Origin: Negaprion brevirostris
Lineage: Eukaryota
DNA length: 64,000 nt
Reading direction: 5' to 3'
Assembly: GCA_030324005.1 (NCBI GenBank)
Contig: JARDVH010000132.1
Coordinates: 90,445,184 to 90,509,183 of the forward strand
The notes beneath the pieces were generated by a model that worked only from the letters and a program-made list of their open reading frames with translations, had not been told where the DNA came from and did not search any database. Positions 23,560-35,939 of this stretch are shown here, piece after piece. Each line of letters starts with the position of its first letter. Within the stretch, counting starts at the first letter, position 1. A program made the translations under genes and the position numbers.

Positions 23560-24680
23560 TCAAAACATTTTCACACAATGTAACTAAACACTGCACTGCT
23601 GTGAACTTTTTCCACACTGTAACCTTGAATTATTGCTTAATGAAAACAAGTTTCACATTTTGGCTTAGGTCCAAGTGGTGGAAGTTAAAAAAGTACAATG
23701 GCCTGATTGGTCTGTTTCCATGGAAATAAATAGTATCATTGGGTAGGGGGCACAGAAGACAATGAATCTTGGTAGATAACAAAGAATCCATTTCAGCAGC
23801 TTACAAAGTATATGCACTGACTTTATTGTCTCGCACTCTATAATGGGTAATACGATTAAAATCTTCCAACTCAGATATATTAAATTAAGCTCTGCATCCA
23901 AGCTAAAAGTTTCAGTAAATGTTTCTACAGATTTTTATTTTCTTTGTGTGTCTGCAACGCCGAATTGCCAAAGAAATGACTAATTTGCACATTATTTGTG
24001 TAAATTACTGAATGCGGTTCAGTAAGTCTCTATTTTAAGTCGACCCACTTTAAGTTGTTGTACTTTAAAGCCATGCAGTTTTTAGAGCCAGTGTTCCAGG
24101 TTTGCATCTTCAATTTTAACTTAATGTCATTTTGTGTCTGCGCCATTGCGCGTCTTTTTATGTTGTTGTATGTTGCTTCTTGTTGATGTGACATTAGGTC
24201 CCATGAAGTGAGTGCATCCAGAAGCATTCATTCACACATGAGAAAAACATAACACTTTTTCAAGCAGAATTCTCAATGAAAAATATCCAAACCAACAGGT
24301 TTTTGTTGCAAGGATGAAGTTGCAGTCTGAGCCACACGTTTCTGCACAGAAAAGGCTCACTTCTTGACTCTGTGAGCCGGTTTTAATATTTGAGTCCCAG
24401 GTGTGCCTGCAGCGGAGTTTCCCTACCGCGAAGAAGCAGAAGCCATCTTCAAGTCTGTGAGAAGTATTTTCTACTGTAAGCAGGTAAAACTGCTTTCCTT
24501 GCACTAGAGCTCGATCGGGTAAAAAATTCTGGGTGCAGTACTAACCCTTCAGGAGCCTGGTTCTGCAATTCTTTGAATAATTTTGGAGCCCCTAAATCTG
24601 GTCCTTTTTCATTTTTGCCCCAGGTGAGACAGAGAAGCTATTTTAAAGCCACCGAAAAAGGCATTTGCTTAAGGTGCTAA
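23560..24680. promoter_or_regulatory. Repeat-free, relatively CpG-retaining island; candidate regulatory element
   Basis: Many CpGs (gcaacgccg, gtcgac, gcgccattgcgcg, accgcg, tcgatcgg) in non-repeat sequence of a CpG-depleted window; CCAAT box on the minus strand at about 23706. Confidence 0.3.
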
Positions 24681-24689
24681 ATGAAGACG

Positions 24690-25050
24690 CCTGGTTTCGA
24701 GGCTCTATTCAATCAAAATCACCTCCACTGAAACATTTTGTTAAGTCCTCAAAGCATCCCTCAAGAGGTCAAACATCTCCCCTGATTCACAATGACCGAC
24801 CAAATGGGAGAAGATTCATTTGGGAAGGCACTGTACACGGATAGACTTTGCCAGGAACATGTGGAGGCAAAGTCAAGACAGCGGAGAGGGTGCAAAACTC
24901 TCCAAATGACTCATCTAACTGATCTTCCAAATAACACCTGATCCACGTGTGGCAGGGTCTGCAGATCGTATGTTGGAATGACTAGCCCCTAGAACCCATT
25001 AAACTGGAATGGAAGCAAGTCATCCCATAACACAAGGGACTGCCTAAAAG
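24690..25050 (+). mobile_element. RTE-clade LINE 3' end
   Basis: Decayed LKASLKRSNI…DRPNGRRFIWEG…STCGRVCRSYVG (C-terminal CxxC…H motif). Confidence 0.65.
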
Positions 25051-25999
25051 GAGAAATTGTGAACATAATGTGATCTGAATTTTTACAATATTTCTGTTAT
25101 ACTTAGTGATTTTATAAAGTTTATTTATTAGTCACAAATAGGCTTACATTAACACTGCAATGATGTTACTGTGAAAATCTCCTTTATTTATTTTATTTTG
25201 CAAGTTATTTCAGTGACTTATAGATCCTCCCATTGCTTTGATGGATGAGTGTTTAGCAAGTTAAAAAAAGGCCAATTGGCAGTTCATCTATTGTGTAACT
25301 TTAGGCAATGTCTCAATTTGAATAACTGATTGCAAATATTGCATATGAAGTCAGTTGTGAAAGCATAGTTGGAGGCATTGACTTTCTACCACAGTCGCTT
25401 GTCCTGAAGGCTCTGTCCTCCTCAAATGTCAAAATGTCTTGATGAATAAAGATTTCTCCATTTGGGCTTAGGTATGCAGATACTCATTAGGGATGGGCAA
25501 CAAATGCTGGCTTTGTATCCCACCAAAGAATAAAAAATACAAGAGCACACGCTCTTTTGCAATGCAACACAGGTTAATCTCCATGCTACTTCATGTTTCC
25601 TATGAGTATCTAAACATGTCTTACTATCCTTTTTTGTAGTGCTTTTCCGAGGTCAATCATAAATTTCAGCCTCACANNNNNNNNNNNNNNNNNNNNNNNN
25701 NNNNNNNNNNNNNNNNNNNNNAGGTGAAGTAATTTCATGGCAGCTTCTAGGAAAGATCTACTGCAAACTACATCTCTGAAGCATCTGTACAGGCAGGCTG
25801 TTATTGTTTGTGGTATCTGTATAATCTTCTGATTTAAAGATGGGGCTGGTTTGACTCAGCATCGCAATACCAGGCCTTGTGGAACTCAGTGGTCTTTATT
25901 ATTCAAACCAAAAAATACAAATGCTGATGGGAATCATACTTTTCAACCCATATCCCAGATTCCACCAGTACTATTTCTGGATATGCCCCATCCCACCAG

Positions 26000-26705
26000 C
26001 AGGATAGAACCACCAGAGATGATGGCAAAGTGGTATATAGTCAAGAGGAAGCATTTTCAGGATGTCCTTAACATTGGCTCCAGTCCCAACATTAAGCCAC
26101 ATGGCATCAGGTCAAACATGAGCAAGAAAATCTCCTGTTGAATATCACCTACCAGCCTCTCTCAACTGATGCATCAGTGCTCATATTGAATACCACATGG
26201 AAGAAGCTCTGCTGATATTAAAGACACAGGATGTACCCTTAGTGGTGGATGTCAGTGTCCACAAAGCTGGCCACGTGCCAAAGGATATGGCTGACAGAGT
26301 GGGCCTGCATCAAGTGGTGAGGACATCAATATGGGATTAAGACTTACTTTGTCTCTCCTTACCAACCTATCTGTTGCAGCTAAATCTATCCATGAATTTT
26401 CAAACACAAATTTGTGATCTCTATTGCCTCGTAGAAAAGGACAGCTAGCTCATGGAGACATCATTGCCTGCAGGCCTCCTCTAAATCAAACAATATCCTG
26501 ATTTGGAAATATATTGTGATTCCTTCACACTGCTGGATCAAAATCCTGGAACTCCTCGCCTATATAGCACTGTGCAAGTACCTACAGCATATGGACTGCA
26601 GGGGTTCAAGAAGGCAGCTTACTACTGCCTTCTCAAGGACAACTGAGGATGGACAATACATGTTGGCCTTGTCCGATGCAACATGACCAAAGGCAACTTA
26701 AAAAA
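26000..26705 (+). mobile_element. Internally deleted copy of the same LINE family as 1-492
   Basis: Endonuclease-region remnants followed by the shared 3' end (aaatcctggaactcc…ggactgcaggggttcaagaaggcagctt…). Confidence 0.65.
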
Positions 26706-27269
26706 AACTTTGTTTTATCCTATGAAAGAACAAAAAAAATGACAATGTACATTCATTAAGATGAGAATAAAAGGGGCGATGCTGCACATAGAGATGGCTG
26801 TCTAATTAGTTAAAGCATCTCTGTTCTAAGCATACACATATTTAAAACAAATAAACTCATTGTATTCTTCATTGTGAACTGTGCTCCAGAACTGCAATCG
26901 CAATGTACTAATGTATAAATACTGTGTCCAGCAACTTTTATATCATGCTTGTTTGTAATAAACATCTCTGATGGGAGAACTAAAGAGCAGTAATTTCCAA
27001 AATTAATATTGAATTAACAACACAAGTTGTGCCTAGAAAGTTCTGTTACAACTGAGTAACAAAAACACTAATATTTGCTTTTCAACTCACCAGTTAGCAT
27101 ACTGAACCTTATTGGCAAATTATGTGGTTAGCAAGCCCTGGGCATCCTTAATCAGGAAATTCCACATAGTTAGGCAGTATGAGCTTGGGCACACTTTTAC
27201 ATATGAGCTGGAATTTGATTATTATATTGAGAGGGAATTTTTTTTTCAATAAATTTATATTTTCTTTAC

Positions 27270-27365
27270 CTTGCAGACCTGTGTTCCCTGCGCACAGTTG
27301 CTGAAAAGATGAACTCCCCAAAGAGTGTAATTAATTGCAGACAGGGAGTTGATAATGAAGGGAGC
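27270..27365 (-). CDS. Candidate alternative cassette exon of CREB5 (96 nt, phase 0-0, no stop)
   Basis: Acceptor ttaac…atctctttcctctag|GCT, donor AAG|gtaaag; encodes APFIINSLSAINYTLWGVHLFSNCAQGTQVCK. No transcript evidence. Confidence 0.25.
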
Positions 27366-28298
27366 CTAGAGGAAAGAGATTCCTAGTTGTTAATTTGCGA
27401 CTAAGCCTGATTGCAGCATTATAGCTTGTTTATGTGGTTGCAGATTCAGTGTGCATCAGCATGATGCACATTAAGACTAACAACTGAAAAGTACTTTGAT
27501 AGGAAGGGTCATAGATTTTTTTTTGTAGATAGGACATTAGTCCTGAACTCAGATTATGGATAGCAGGCAAGACTACAGAAGGCAAAGCAGGCAGACCACT
27601 GTACCACAGTGTGAGGTAAATAATTTGACTCACAGGCATTTAGTTAGTTTACACAGCCATGAATCAGATTTGTCATGGAGCAGGCCAAATCTTCACCCAA
27701 GAAGTGTGGTTACTTCTATAACACAAATCACCATTTGATGTGGCCTAGTTCAGAACATCTGCTCAGCTGCTGTAACAATGCGTTATGAGTGAGTTTTTTT
27801 TAAAAAATGAATTACATTCTAAAGAGTTTTGCAGAGGCGGATTGGTGGGAGGCTCATCTGTGGCAATGATGCATTACTATGATGCTGAGGGCCTCCTCAC
27901 TACTTTTACCAATGGGAATGTAAGGGTAAATTCAATGCCCTTGTTTATTAGAATGGAAGCTGAGGCAATACAATTTGAAAAAGTTGCAGAATAAGTATTA
28001 ATTACCTAATCTAACTTGGTTTCACAGTGCTGTCAGGTGAATTCGAGAGGCAGATGAAAAACAATACACAACACAATTTCTGTAGCTATTTCCATTTTTT
28101 GTTTGCATAGCAGAATTTTTGTTTATAAAATTTCTACCTTTTTTTAATTATGGCTCAGGTTTTGCTGTACCAACAACAGAGAGGCTGTCAGCACTTGTTG
28201 TTTCTACAAGGAAAAGTGACAGAACTCACTTCTGGTGTCTGCACATGAGCAGTTCAAAACAGAAATCTGGAAGCTGTTGTTTGTAGCACCCAGCTGCC

Positions 28299-28372
28299 AT
28301 GATGTGGATATGCCGGCGTTGGACTGGGGTAAACACAGTAAAAAGTCTGACAACACCAGGTTTAAGTCCAAC
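28299..28372 (+). mobile_element. Penelope-associated repeat end, running into N gap
   Basis: gatgtggatatgccggcgttggactggggtaaacacagtaaaaagtctgacaacaccaggtttaagtccaac. Confidence 0.75.
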
Positions 28373-29144
28373 NNNNNNNNNNNNNNNNNNNNNNNNNNNN
28401 NNNNNNNNNNNNNNNNNNNNNNNNNNNNNNNNNNNNNNNNNNNNNNNNNNNNNNNNNNNNNNNNNNNNNNNNNNNNNNNNNNNNNNNNNNNNNNNNNNNN
28501 NNNNNNNNNNNNNNNNNNNNNNNNNNNNNNNNNNNNNNNNNNNNNNNNNNNNNNNNNNNNNNNNNNNNNNNNNNNNNNNNNNNNNNNNNNNNNNNNNNNN
28601 NNNNNNNNNNNNNNNNNNNNNNNNNNNNNNNNNNNNNNNNNNNNNNNNNNNNNNNNNNNNNNNNNNNNNNNNNNNNNNNNNNNNNNNNNNNNNNNNNNNN
28701 NNNNNNNNNNNNNNNNNNNNNNNNNNNNNNNNNNNNNNNNNNNNNNNNNNNNNNNNNNNNNNNNNNNNNNNNNNNNNNNNNNNNNNNNNNNNNNNNNNNN
28801 NNNNNNNNNNNNNNNNNNNNNNNNNNNNNNNNNNNNNNNNNNNNNNNNNNNNNNNNNNNNNNNNNNNNNNNNNNNNNNNNNNNNNNNNNNNNNNNNNNNN
28901 NNNNNNNNNNNNNNNNNNNNNNNNNNNNNNNNNNNNNNNNNNNNNNNNNNNNNNNNNNNNNNNNNNNNNNNNNNNNNNNNNNNNNNNNNNNNNNNNNNNN
29001 NNNNNNNNNNNNNNNNNNNNNNNNNNNNNNNNNNNNNNNNNNNNNNNNNNNNNNNNNNNNNNNNNNNNNNNNNNNNNNNNNNNNNNNNNNNNNNNNNNNN
29101 NNNNNNNNNNNNNNNNNNNNNNNNNNNNNNNNNNNNNNNNNNNN

Positions 29145-29805
29145 CCCTCTCACTTTCTCAAGAAGTCTTGCATGGGGGACCTTATCGAATGCCTTGCTGA
29201 AGTCCATATAAACCACATCCATCACTCTTCCTTTGTCAATGTGTTTAGTCACATTTTCAAAGAACTCAACCAGACTCATAAGGCACGACCTGCCCTTGAC
29301 AAAGCCATGCTGACTACTTTTGATCATACAAAACTTATCTAAACGTTCATAAATCCTGTCCCTCAGGATCCTCTCCATCAACTTACCAACCACTAAGGTT
29401 AGACTCACCGGTCGGTAATTTCCTGGGCTATCTCTGTTCCCTTTCTCGAACATAGGAACCAAATCCGCAATCCTCCAATCCTCCAGAACCTCTCTCGTCT
29501 CCATTGATGACACAAAGATCATTGCCAGAGGTTCTGCAATCTCTTCCCTTGCCTCCCACAATAACCTGGGGTACATCCCATCCGCTCCCAGCAACTTATC
29601 TATCTTAATGCTATTCAAAAGTTCCAATACATCCTCTTTCTTAACGTCCACATACTCAATCTTTTCAGTCCGCCACAAACCTGCAGTATAACCACCCACG
29701 TCATTTTCCACCGTGAATACCGAAGTAAAGTATTCATTAAGTACCTCTGCCATTTCTACCGGTTCCACATAAACTTTTCCCCCTTCACCTTTTATAGGTC
29801 CTATA
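29145..29805 (-). mobile_element. CR1 LINE ORF2 fragment (5'-truncated; 3' part in N gap)
   Basis: About 207 aa open frame EMAEVLNEYFTSVFT…PGNYRPVSLT…SQHGFVKGRSCLMSLVEFFE…DVVYMDFSKAFDKVPH. Confidence 0.95.
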
Positions 29806-31771
29806 AAATTTATATACGCAGTTGGGTATTATTTTCAGACAAAAGTTAGACGCCACCATGCCTTTTCAAACAATGTTTGGGTGGTTGGGCAATGATGGAG
29901 CACACTAATGGCCACCCTATACTTGTGGGAAGATGCCCAATAATCTTCAAGGGTTGGGTTGAGCTTTCAGCATGGTGGTGGAGATTGAGCATCTCAGTGC
30001 AGTCTGCTTTCTCCAGGTCTGGGTGCTGTCAAGTTGTAGGTTGGGGTAGAGGGGGTGGGTACTCGGAGCGGCAGTTGTCCAAAATCACTCTTGTCCATCT
30101 GAGGGAGCAGCCCTACTTCTCCTGATCTCACAACAGAATTTCTCTTCTAGGTCCCACACTGATGGACTACCAACTGATAATGGTCAGAACCTATGAAGTG
30201 CAGACAGCCTCCTGCTACACGATTCTAAAATGACTATGAGGTGCAATGCACAGCTACAGTGTAAACAATGTCAGAACAGTAAGGGCTAAGATTTACATTA
30301 GGGACAGGATCCCCATCACCACTGGTATAAAAGTAGATGTGAGCCCTGACCCACTTGGTTATGGGACCTGCAGCCATGTAACAGATATTAGTCCATAAAT
30401 TAGATCAGGACAAGAATTCTGCCATGTCCTAAGAGGAAATCTTGCTTCCAGGAGCTTTAGTTCCAAATTAATCAATTGTCCGGAAGTGCCGCTGGGAGTG
30501 ATGGCCATTACTGGGATTGCAGCAACCCTGAGGAAGAGACACTGATGAAACCTGGGTGAAGGGAAGTTCAGGGGCTCATCAAGCTGGCAGCGAGAAAGTC
30601 TGGCCACCCATCCATCAGGTTTTACTTGGCTGGCTTGACATTTAACATCAGCACCTAGTCCCATCATGAGTAAAGTCCCAGCAGTGGTAGGAGATGGCCC
30701 TTAAATGACCATTTCATGGATAGGCTTCAATTGGCCCACAGGCAAGTGGATCACCTGACACCTCTCCCCCACCTCCCGTTGTTGCCAAAACCACAATGGG
30801 ACTAGGTGTGGATGAGTAGATAGCACCCAATTTTTCACCCCCACCACCCTCACATCCTACCTCCTGGTGGCATAATTCTGGCCTCAGCCATTCCCAACCA
30901 CTTTCCTCTTAAAATTAAGCCTCAGAATCGCCCCCATTATTTTCTTCTAAAGACATCTTTCCTTCCTTGATTTCTTCCGACCACCATTCTTCAAGCTGGC
31001 ATGCTTAAAATTTAAAGTAAATAGAAATTCCTTCAGAAACAGTGGACCCCATTTTGAACTCATATATCCTGGCTAGATACAATAATATTTGTGGTATCAA
31101 GGTACACTGAGTATTTGCACTATCTTATGAAATGCTAAAGCTTCGTGCAGTATCACAAAGTATACCCAGACAGATTGCAATTTTTAATGCCATTTTAGTT
31201 AAGTTCCAATTGGAAAAGCAGTGCAGAAGAAATTAAATTGGCTTCAATAGCAGAGCACTGAATTTGTGAAGTTGGCATAAGAAAAACTGCAGTATGGTAC
31301 CAGGATCATTGTACAATAGTGGTACTTTTGAATAGTTGAATACTCCAGTGTTGTAGCTATGAGGCTGGTTGTAACAAGCTACCATGTAAAAATGAAAAAT
31401 GTTGCAACTTTAGAATGTTCAGCAGACATCTAAAGCAAATTTTAAGTTTCATTTGATATTTCAAATCTTACTCCATAATTCAAAACACAAAATACTCTTT
31501 TATTAAATTTTGCAGAATCTTTGTGTTTGCCTTACGGAAGATATAAATACAGTTCCAAAATATCATTGGATAAATAAATCACCGAAGTCTTGAAATCCAT
31601 AGGATTGCCCCTACAGTGCCCTAGCACACTCAACCCAATCATAATTTGTGAAGTCAAAATTGCACCTGATCACCAGTGCCTGCCTGTAATTGAGGAGGAG
31701 TTGCCTAGATTCTTCCTTCAGTTCATAGTGTTCCTGTGCAAGGTGACCAAATCAACCTTAAAAAAACACAT

Positions 31772-32257
31772 TGGGTGGGATTTTCTGGCCGCGCTTGCCC
31801 CAAAACCGGAAAATCCCATCCGAGGTCACAGAATCACAGAACGCTACAGTAAAGAAGTCCTTCAGCTCATCGATGCATGAAAGGTCCTGACCTGCCCACT
31901 TAAACCCACTTGTCAGCACTTGGCCCATAGCCTTGAATGTAATGGTGTGCCAAGTACTCATCTAGGTACTTCTTAAAGGATGTGAGGAGCCCCTTCTCCT
32001 CCACCCTCCCAAGCAGTGCACTCCAGACCATCACCACCATCTGGGTAAAAAAGGTTTTCCTAAAATCCACCCTAAACCTCCCACTTCTCACTTTTAAGTT
32101 CTGTCCCCTCTTAACTGATCCTTCAACTAAAGGGAACAGTGCTCCCTATCCACCCTGCCCATACCCCTCATAATCTTGAACACCTCAATGGATCTTTGCG
32201 TCACCCCCCCTCACCTGCACAATTCCTATGGCAAGCGGGGCAGGAAAATTCCCCTCA
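31772..32257. mobile_element. MITE-like element split by a CR1 3' end (31829-32185, -)
   Basis: Ends tgggtgggattttc … gaaaattcccctca. Inserted CR1 reads GRFRVDFRKTFFTQMVVMVWSALLGRV…FKKYLDEYL, with tca on both sides of the insertion. Confidence 0.75.
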
Positions 32258-32594
32258 TTGTTTCTTCCAATTTCTGCCAACCACTTGGTATGCCAGGTTT
32301 GTCTTATACCCTGAATGCTGCAGAGGAACAGAACACGTGATGCAGGGACTTCCAATCACTGGGATAGTTCCCCAACTGATGAAAATTAGTTCCAGAAAGT
32401 CCAGGAATCATGCCATACAGCAGCTGCCACAACTGAGTCCCTGCCATTTCTATTGTGAGACGTTTTGTACCTAAAATATTGCATATCACTGAAAATCATC
32501 TATTGCTGTTGATGCCCTGATAATGCTTTGGAGGGTAAGATAAGGGGATTGGGAGAGACATTTTGTGAGAAAGAAACTCTTAGAAAATTCAGAT

Positions 32595-32654
32595 TAAATT
32601 TTGAAGGATGCAGTTCCCATTGTGTAAATTTTGAAGGATGCAGTTCCCATTGTG
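32595..32654. repeat. Perfect 30-bp tandem duplication
   Basis: taaattttgaaggatgcagttcccattgtg repeated twice. Confidence 0.95.
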
Positions 32655-34669
32655 TATCCATGTTTCCCGGTCACACAGAGAGGCTAGCAATCTGTCGGGC
32701 AGGCAAGCCTTTGACACTAGAACACAACGAGGGAAGGAAGAGGATGAAGGGAAGGTCCGAAAGGTTGGAGAGGAGGGTGTATTGTGAGGGGAAATTATTG
32801 GAAGCCAGAGATGAGATCAGTGGCCAGGACATGCTGACATCAGTGTCCAAAACAGAGAGGAGATTGGAAAGGGAGGGAGTAGTGTGGATTAGTGGCAAAC
32901 AGAAAAGAAATGTGGGGAAATAATAAAATTTTAATTTATATCACATGACTTCAATGGGGTGGTAGCAGCATCAGGATAGCTTTGCCACCCTGATCATCTA
33001 TTCAACAGGATAATGTCACTGTGGTTCTGGAAAGGGGTTGCTAGAGTGCTTGCCTGTTCCAGGCAGCAGACTCTTTAAATATGTGAATCAGTGCCCTGTG
33101 AAGTACATTGGACTTCCATTGCTCTTTCCAGACTCAGTTGTTCAGAGTGAGCAGCTTTCATGCTTTGCCCAGTTTGACATGCTGGGAGCCCTCAGAAAGG
33201 TCCATTTAAAATTAAAAGCAGGGTAACTCCTTCAGGCCACAAAAACAATGTGGAACTATTACTGCCCTCAGCTCCCACAGTGCCCAAGACTAAGAAAATA
33301 GGACAACTAAAGGGAGCCGGCAGCAAGTGGATCAGGCAATTCAGCGCTTTTTAGAGGATTGATTCCAGATGGGCAATAAGAGCAAGAGTGCTCTGCCCAG
33401 CTATTCCAGCAAATCTGCTGGCCTCCTCTCCCCGCCTCTGCAATCCCTGACCTGTGCCTGGTCCATTATGATCGTTGCTCCTCTGTTTCTGTCACCTGAT
33501 CTCTCCTCGTTCCTATCCCTCTTGATTGCTAGTCTGACCACCATCCCAACCTGCCCTGCCCTGCCCCACCCCACCCAATTTCATCCTGAGTCCTATTGAT
33601 CCTCCGACAATTGCCTGGTCTGACATATCCTGATTAATCCACCATTTTTGCCAGTTGCAGCCTTCTACTACTGACTTTCCAAGCTGGTCAGCATGTCAAT
33701 TTGATAAGGTGGGGAGTGGAATAGAAATGGTAATAATATCCTGTCGTTAAATTCCAGTATTGCCAAGTTTCCTTGATGTACATCCCTGTCCCCTCCCTGT
33801 AAATAGTGGGTCTCAAAGAAATTAACTGCTCTCCGCAATTTCTCTACAGTAATAAACATGTGGATTAAACAAATTCATCCTCAAATAACTCAGAACATCT
33901 ACACCTTATAAGAGAGTGATCTTCATTGGAGTTGTCACATACACAGCACAAAGACATATGAATATCTCAGTAAGTCCATGCAATGTTTTGTAACTTTTCA
34001 TCTTTTATGATGCACGCTATATTGTACATCATAAGAGAGTCCAATGTTTACACCAATACTTGGAAATCAGCTTTGACTTAAAGCCAATTAGATTTTACTG
34101 AAATCAGAGTCAATTTCAAGTACTTTTTTGAAATTATAGGACAGTATTCACAAACCATAAATGCAAAAGTTAAAATCTGAAAAATTCACTCAGTCTAAAT
34201 GAAATCAAAGACCTGAAAGTTCATTGGATCATTTGTTAACTGAAATATCCTACAAATGACATATTTCATAAGTGGTACATTCTGATATCATTCATTAAAT
34301 CAAGCCAGACATTCATTTTAAACAAGCTCTTGTAAAATAGTATAAAATAGCAGCCATTACCGACACTTTCCATTTTTTTTATATTCCTTTTACAACACTA
34401 AATATTAAAATTTGGTCATAATTATCAACATCAAAAATCAATGAGCCCCAGAGACCACAATAAACAAGTTGCTCAACAGATCTTCGCTAGAAACATATAT
34501 TAATGTACAATATTTTACTGAATTTGGAAGTTCCAAAAACTGTGTAATACATTCATTTTATAGGGAATTAAATGTACTCAAAACCATGAGCTTCATGAAA
34601 ATTACAGATAATTCCCCACCCATCCACCCACATGCACATTCACGCAAAGAATGTTTTGCTGTTTCTCAC

Positions 34670-34780
34670 CATTTTGGCTTCTGAGTGCATTTGCTGGACT
34701 TGAGGAGGAGTGCACGGATTATTTAGAGACGGGCCTGGCATTCCCATGATATTAGTACTCATGGATAACTGCCGATCCAT
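34670..34780 (-). CDS. CREB5: CREB5 internal coding exon (111 nt; phase 0-0), orthologous to human exon 7 as recalled
   Basis: Minus strand: acceptor ttttctttttcaaag|ATG, donor ATG|gtgaga. Translates MDRQLSMSTNIMGMPGPSLNNPCTPPQVQQMHSEAKM versus human MERQMSVNSSIMGMQGPNLSNPCASPQVQPMHSEAKM. In frame with the 127-nt exon. Not in the ORF track because it is short. Confidence 0.96.
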
Positions 34781-35139
34781 CTTTGAAAAAGAAAAAATGT
34801 TTTAGACAGTGATTTTAAAGAATGACATTTAACAGGTTAACAGTTGATTGAAACACATAAAATTACATTTTGAAAGTTATATTCTGGGCTTATTTATCTG
34901 CCATTGAATATTGACTACCAGGCTAAATTAGAACACTTTCTCATCCAAAGTGCTTAACTTGTTGGTGATAATCATTGAAGAGTCAGCAATAATTATTAAT
35001 TTTCAGGATTGCACTATTTTTAATCCTTTAGCATGCTTTAACAAAAAGAAATTATATTCTCATTTACATTAGCATCTGCCTATGTTATCTGATTTCAGTC
35101 AATGCAGTGGTAGAAAACACTTTAATATTAAATAATGAT

Positions 35140-35300
35140 TCTGCTACTCTGATATCCAACCTTCTCTTTCCATGGCACCTTCCTATATAAGCACAAGAGA
35201 AGCAATTATACCTCCTTTTACACCTCCTCCTGCTCCACCATTGGGGCCTCACGCATTCCTTCCAGGTGAAACAATGATTTACTTGTAAAGTGTTTCTCAC
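35140..35300 (+). mobile_element. Penelope GIY-YIG N-terminal fragment
   Basis: …PFTPPPAPPLGPHAFL / SFQVKQ*FTCKV resembles PLE CPFTSS…GPKQSFQVKQRFTCTS. Confidence 0.5.
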
Positions 35301-35329
35301 CAAGAGCAAGAATTTAGTGAAACATGAAC

Positions 35330-35560
35330 AAATAGAAGTGGCACCAGCTGAGTAGCAGCAAGGAAGAGAAAGGCCTTCAACATTGTGCTGGCTCTTTGTA
35401 ATATTATCAGTACCATGGGGTAGCAAGAGATTAATATATCCTGGATGCCTCTAGGGTACCATACACTGACTGAATTAATGTATTCACCTGTATCATTCAT
35501 CACTACCCATATGTTTACAGAGTGAAAGCCTTTCCAATTCATCAGTAGTACTTCATGCTC
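35330..35560 (-). mobile_element. PIF/Harbinger transposase fragment
   Basis: MNWKGFHSVNIWVVMNDTGEYINSVSVWYPRGIQDILI matches the NRKGFHSINVQ…ARYPGSxHD motif. Confidence 0.7.
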
Positions 35561-35939
35561 TCCTCGTTAGTGTGCTTGGTGGAAGGGGTAATCAATCATG
35601 TGGGAAGCTGGTGGGTGAGGATCCTGCCACCTGCCCATCACCACCTCTATTTTCTGTCCTGGGGAGGCCTGTGGACAACCTCCACTGTCCACCCCAAACT
35701 GAGACCCTAATTAGGCAAACAATGGCCAATTAAGGGCCTCATCCAATCACCACTGGTATGCATCCAACAGTGAGCAGGGGACTCGCCATGTGCAAAGCCA
35801 GAAAAGCAAACCCTGATACGTTTTCTTGTGGGCATCCAGGGCTGTCCTTTGTTCAAAGTACCTGACTGAGGAACCTGGGGCCTATTGAGACCAACTCCTA
35901 ACATTCCCACTGAATCCCCCCTCCCCAATGATCATACTC

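Noticed and set aside
32528-32923. 131-aa ORF with an internal repeat
   Set aside because: Purine-rich reverse strand of decayed repeat sequence plus the 30-bp duplication; no splice or homology support.
1-34669. Next CREB5 exon (RLKAALTHH…, His-rich) and bZIP exons
   Set aside because: No matching sequence seen; probably beyond the left edge, although an N gap cannot be formally excluded.
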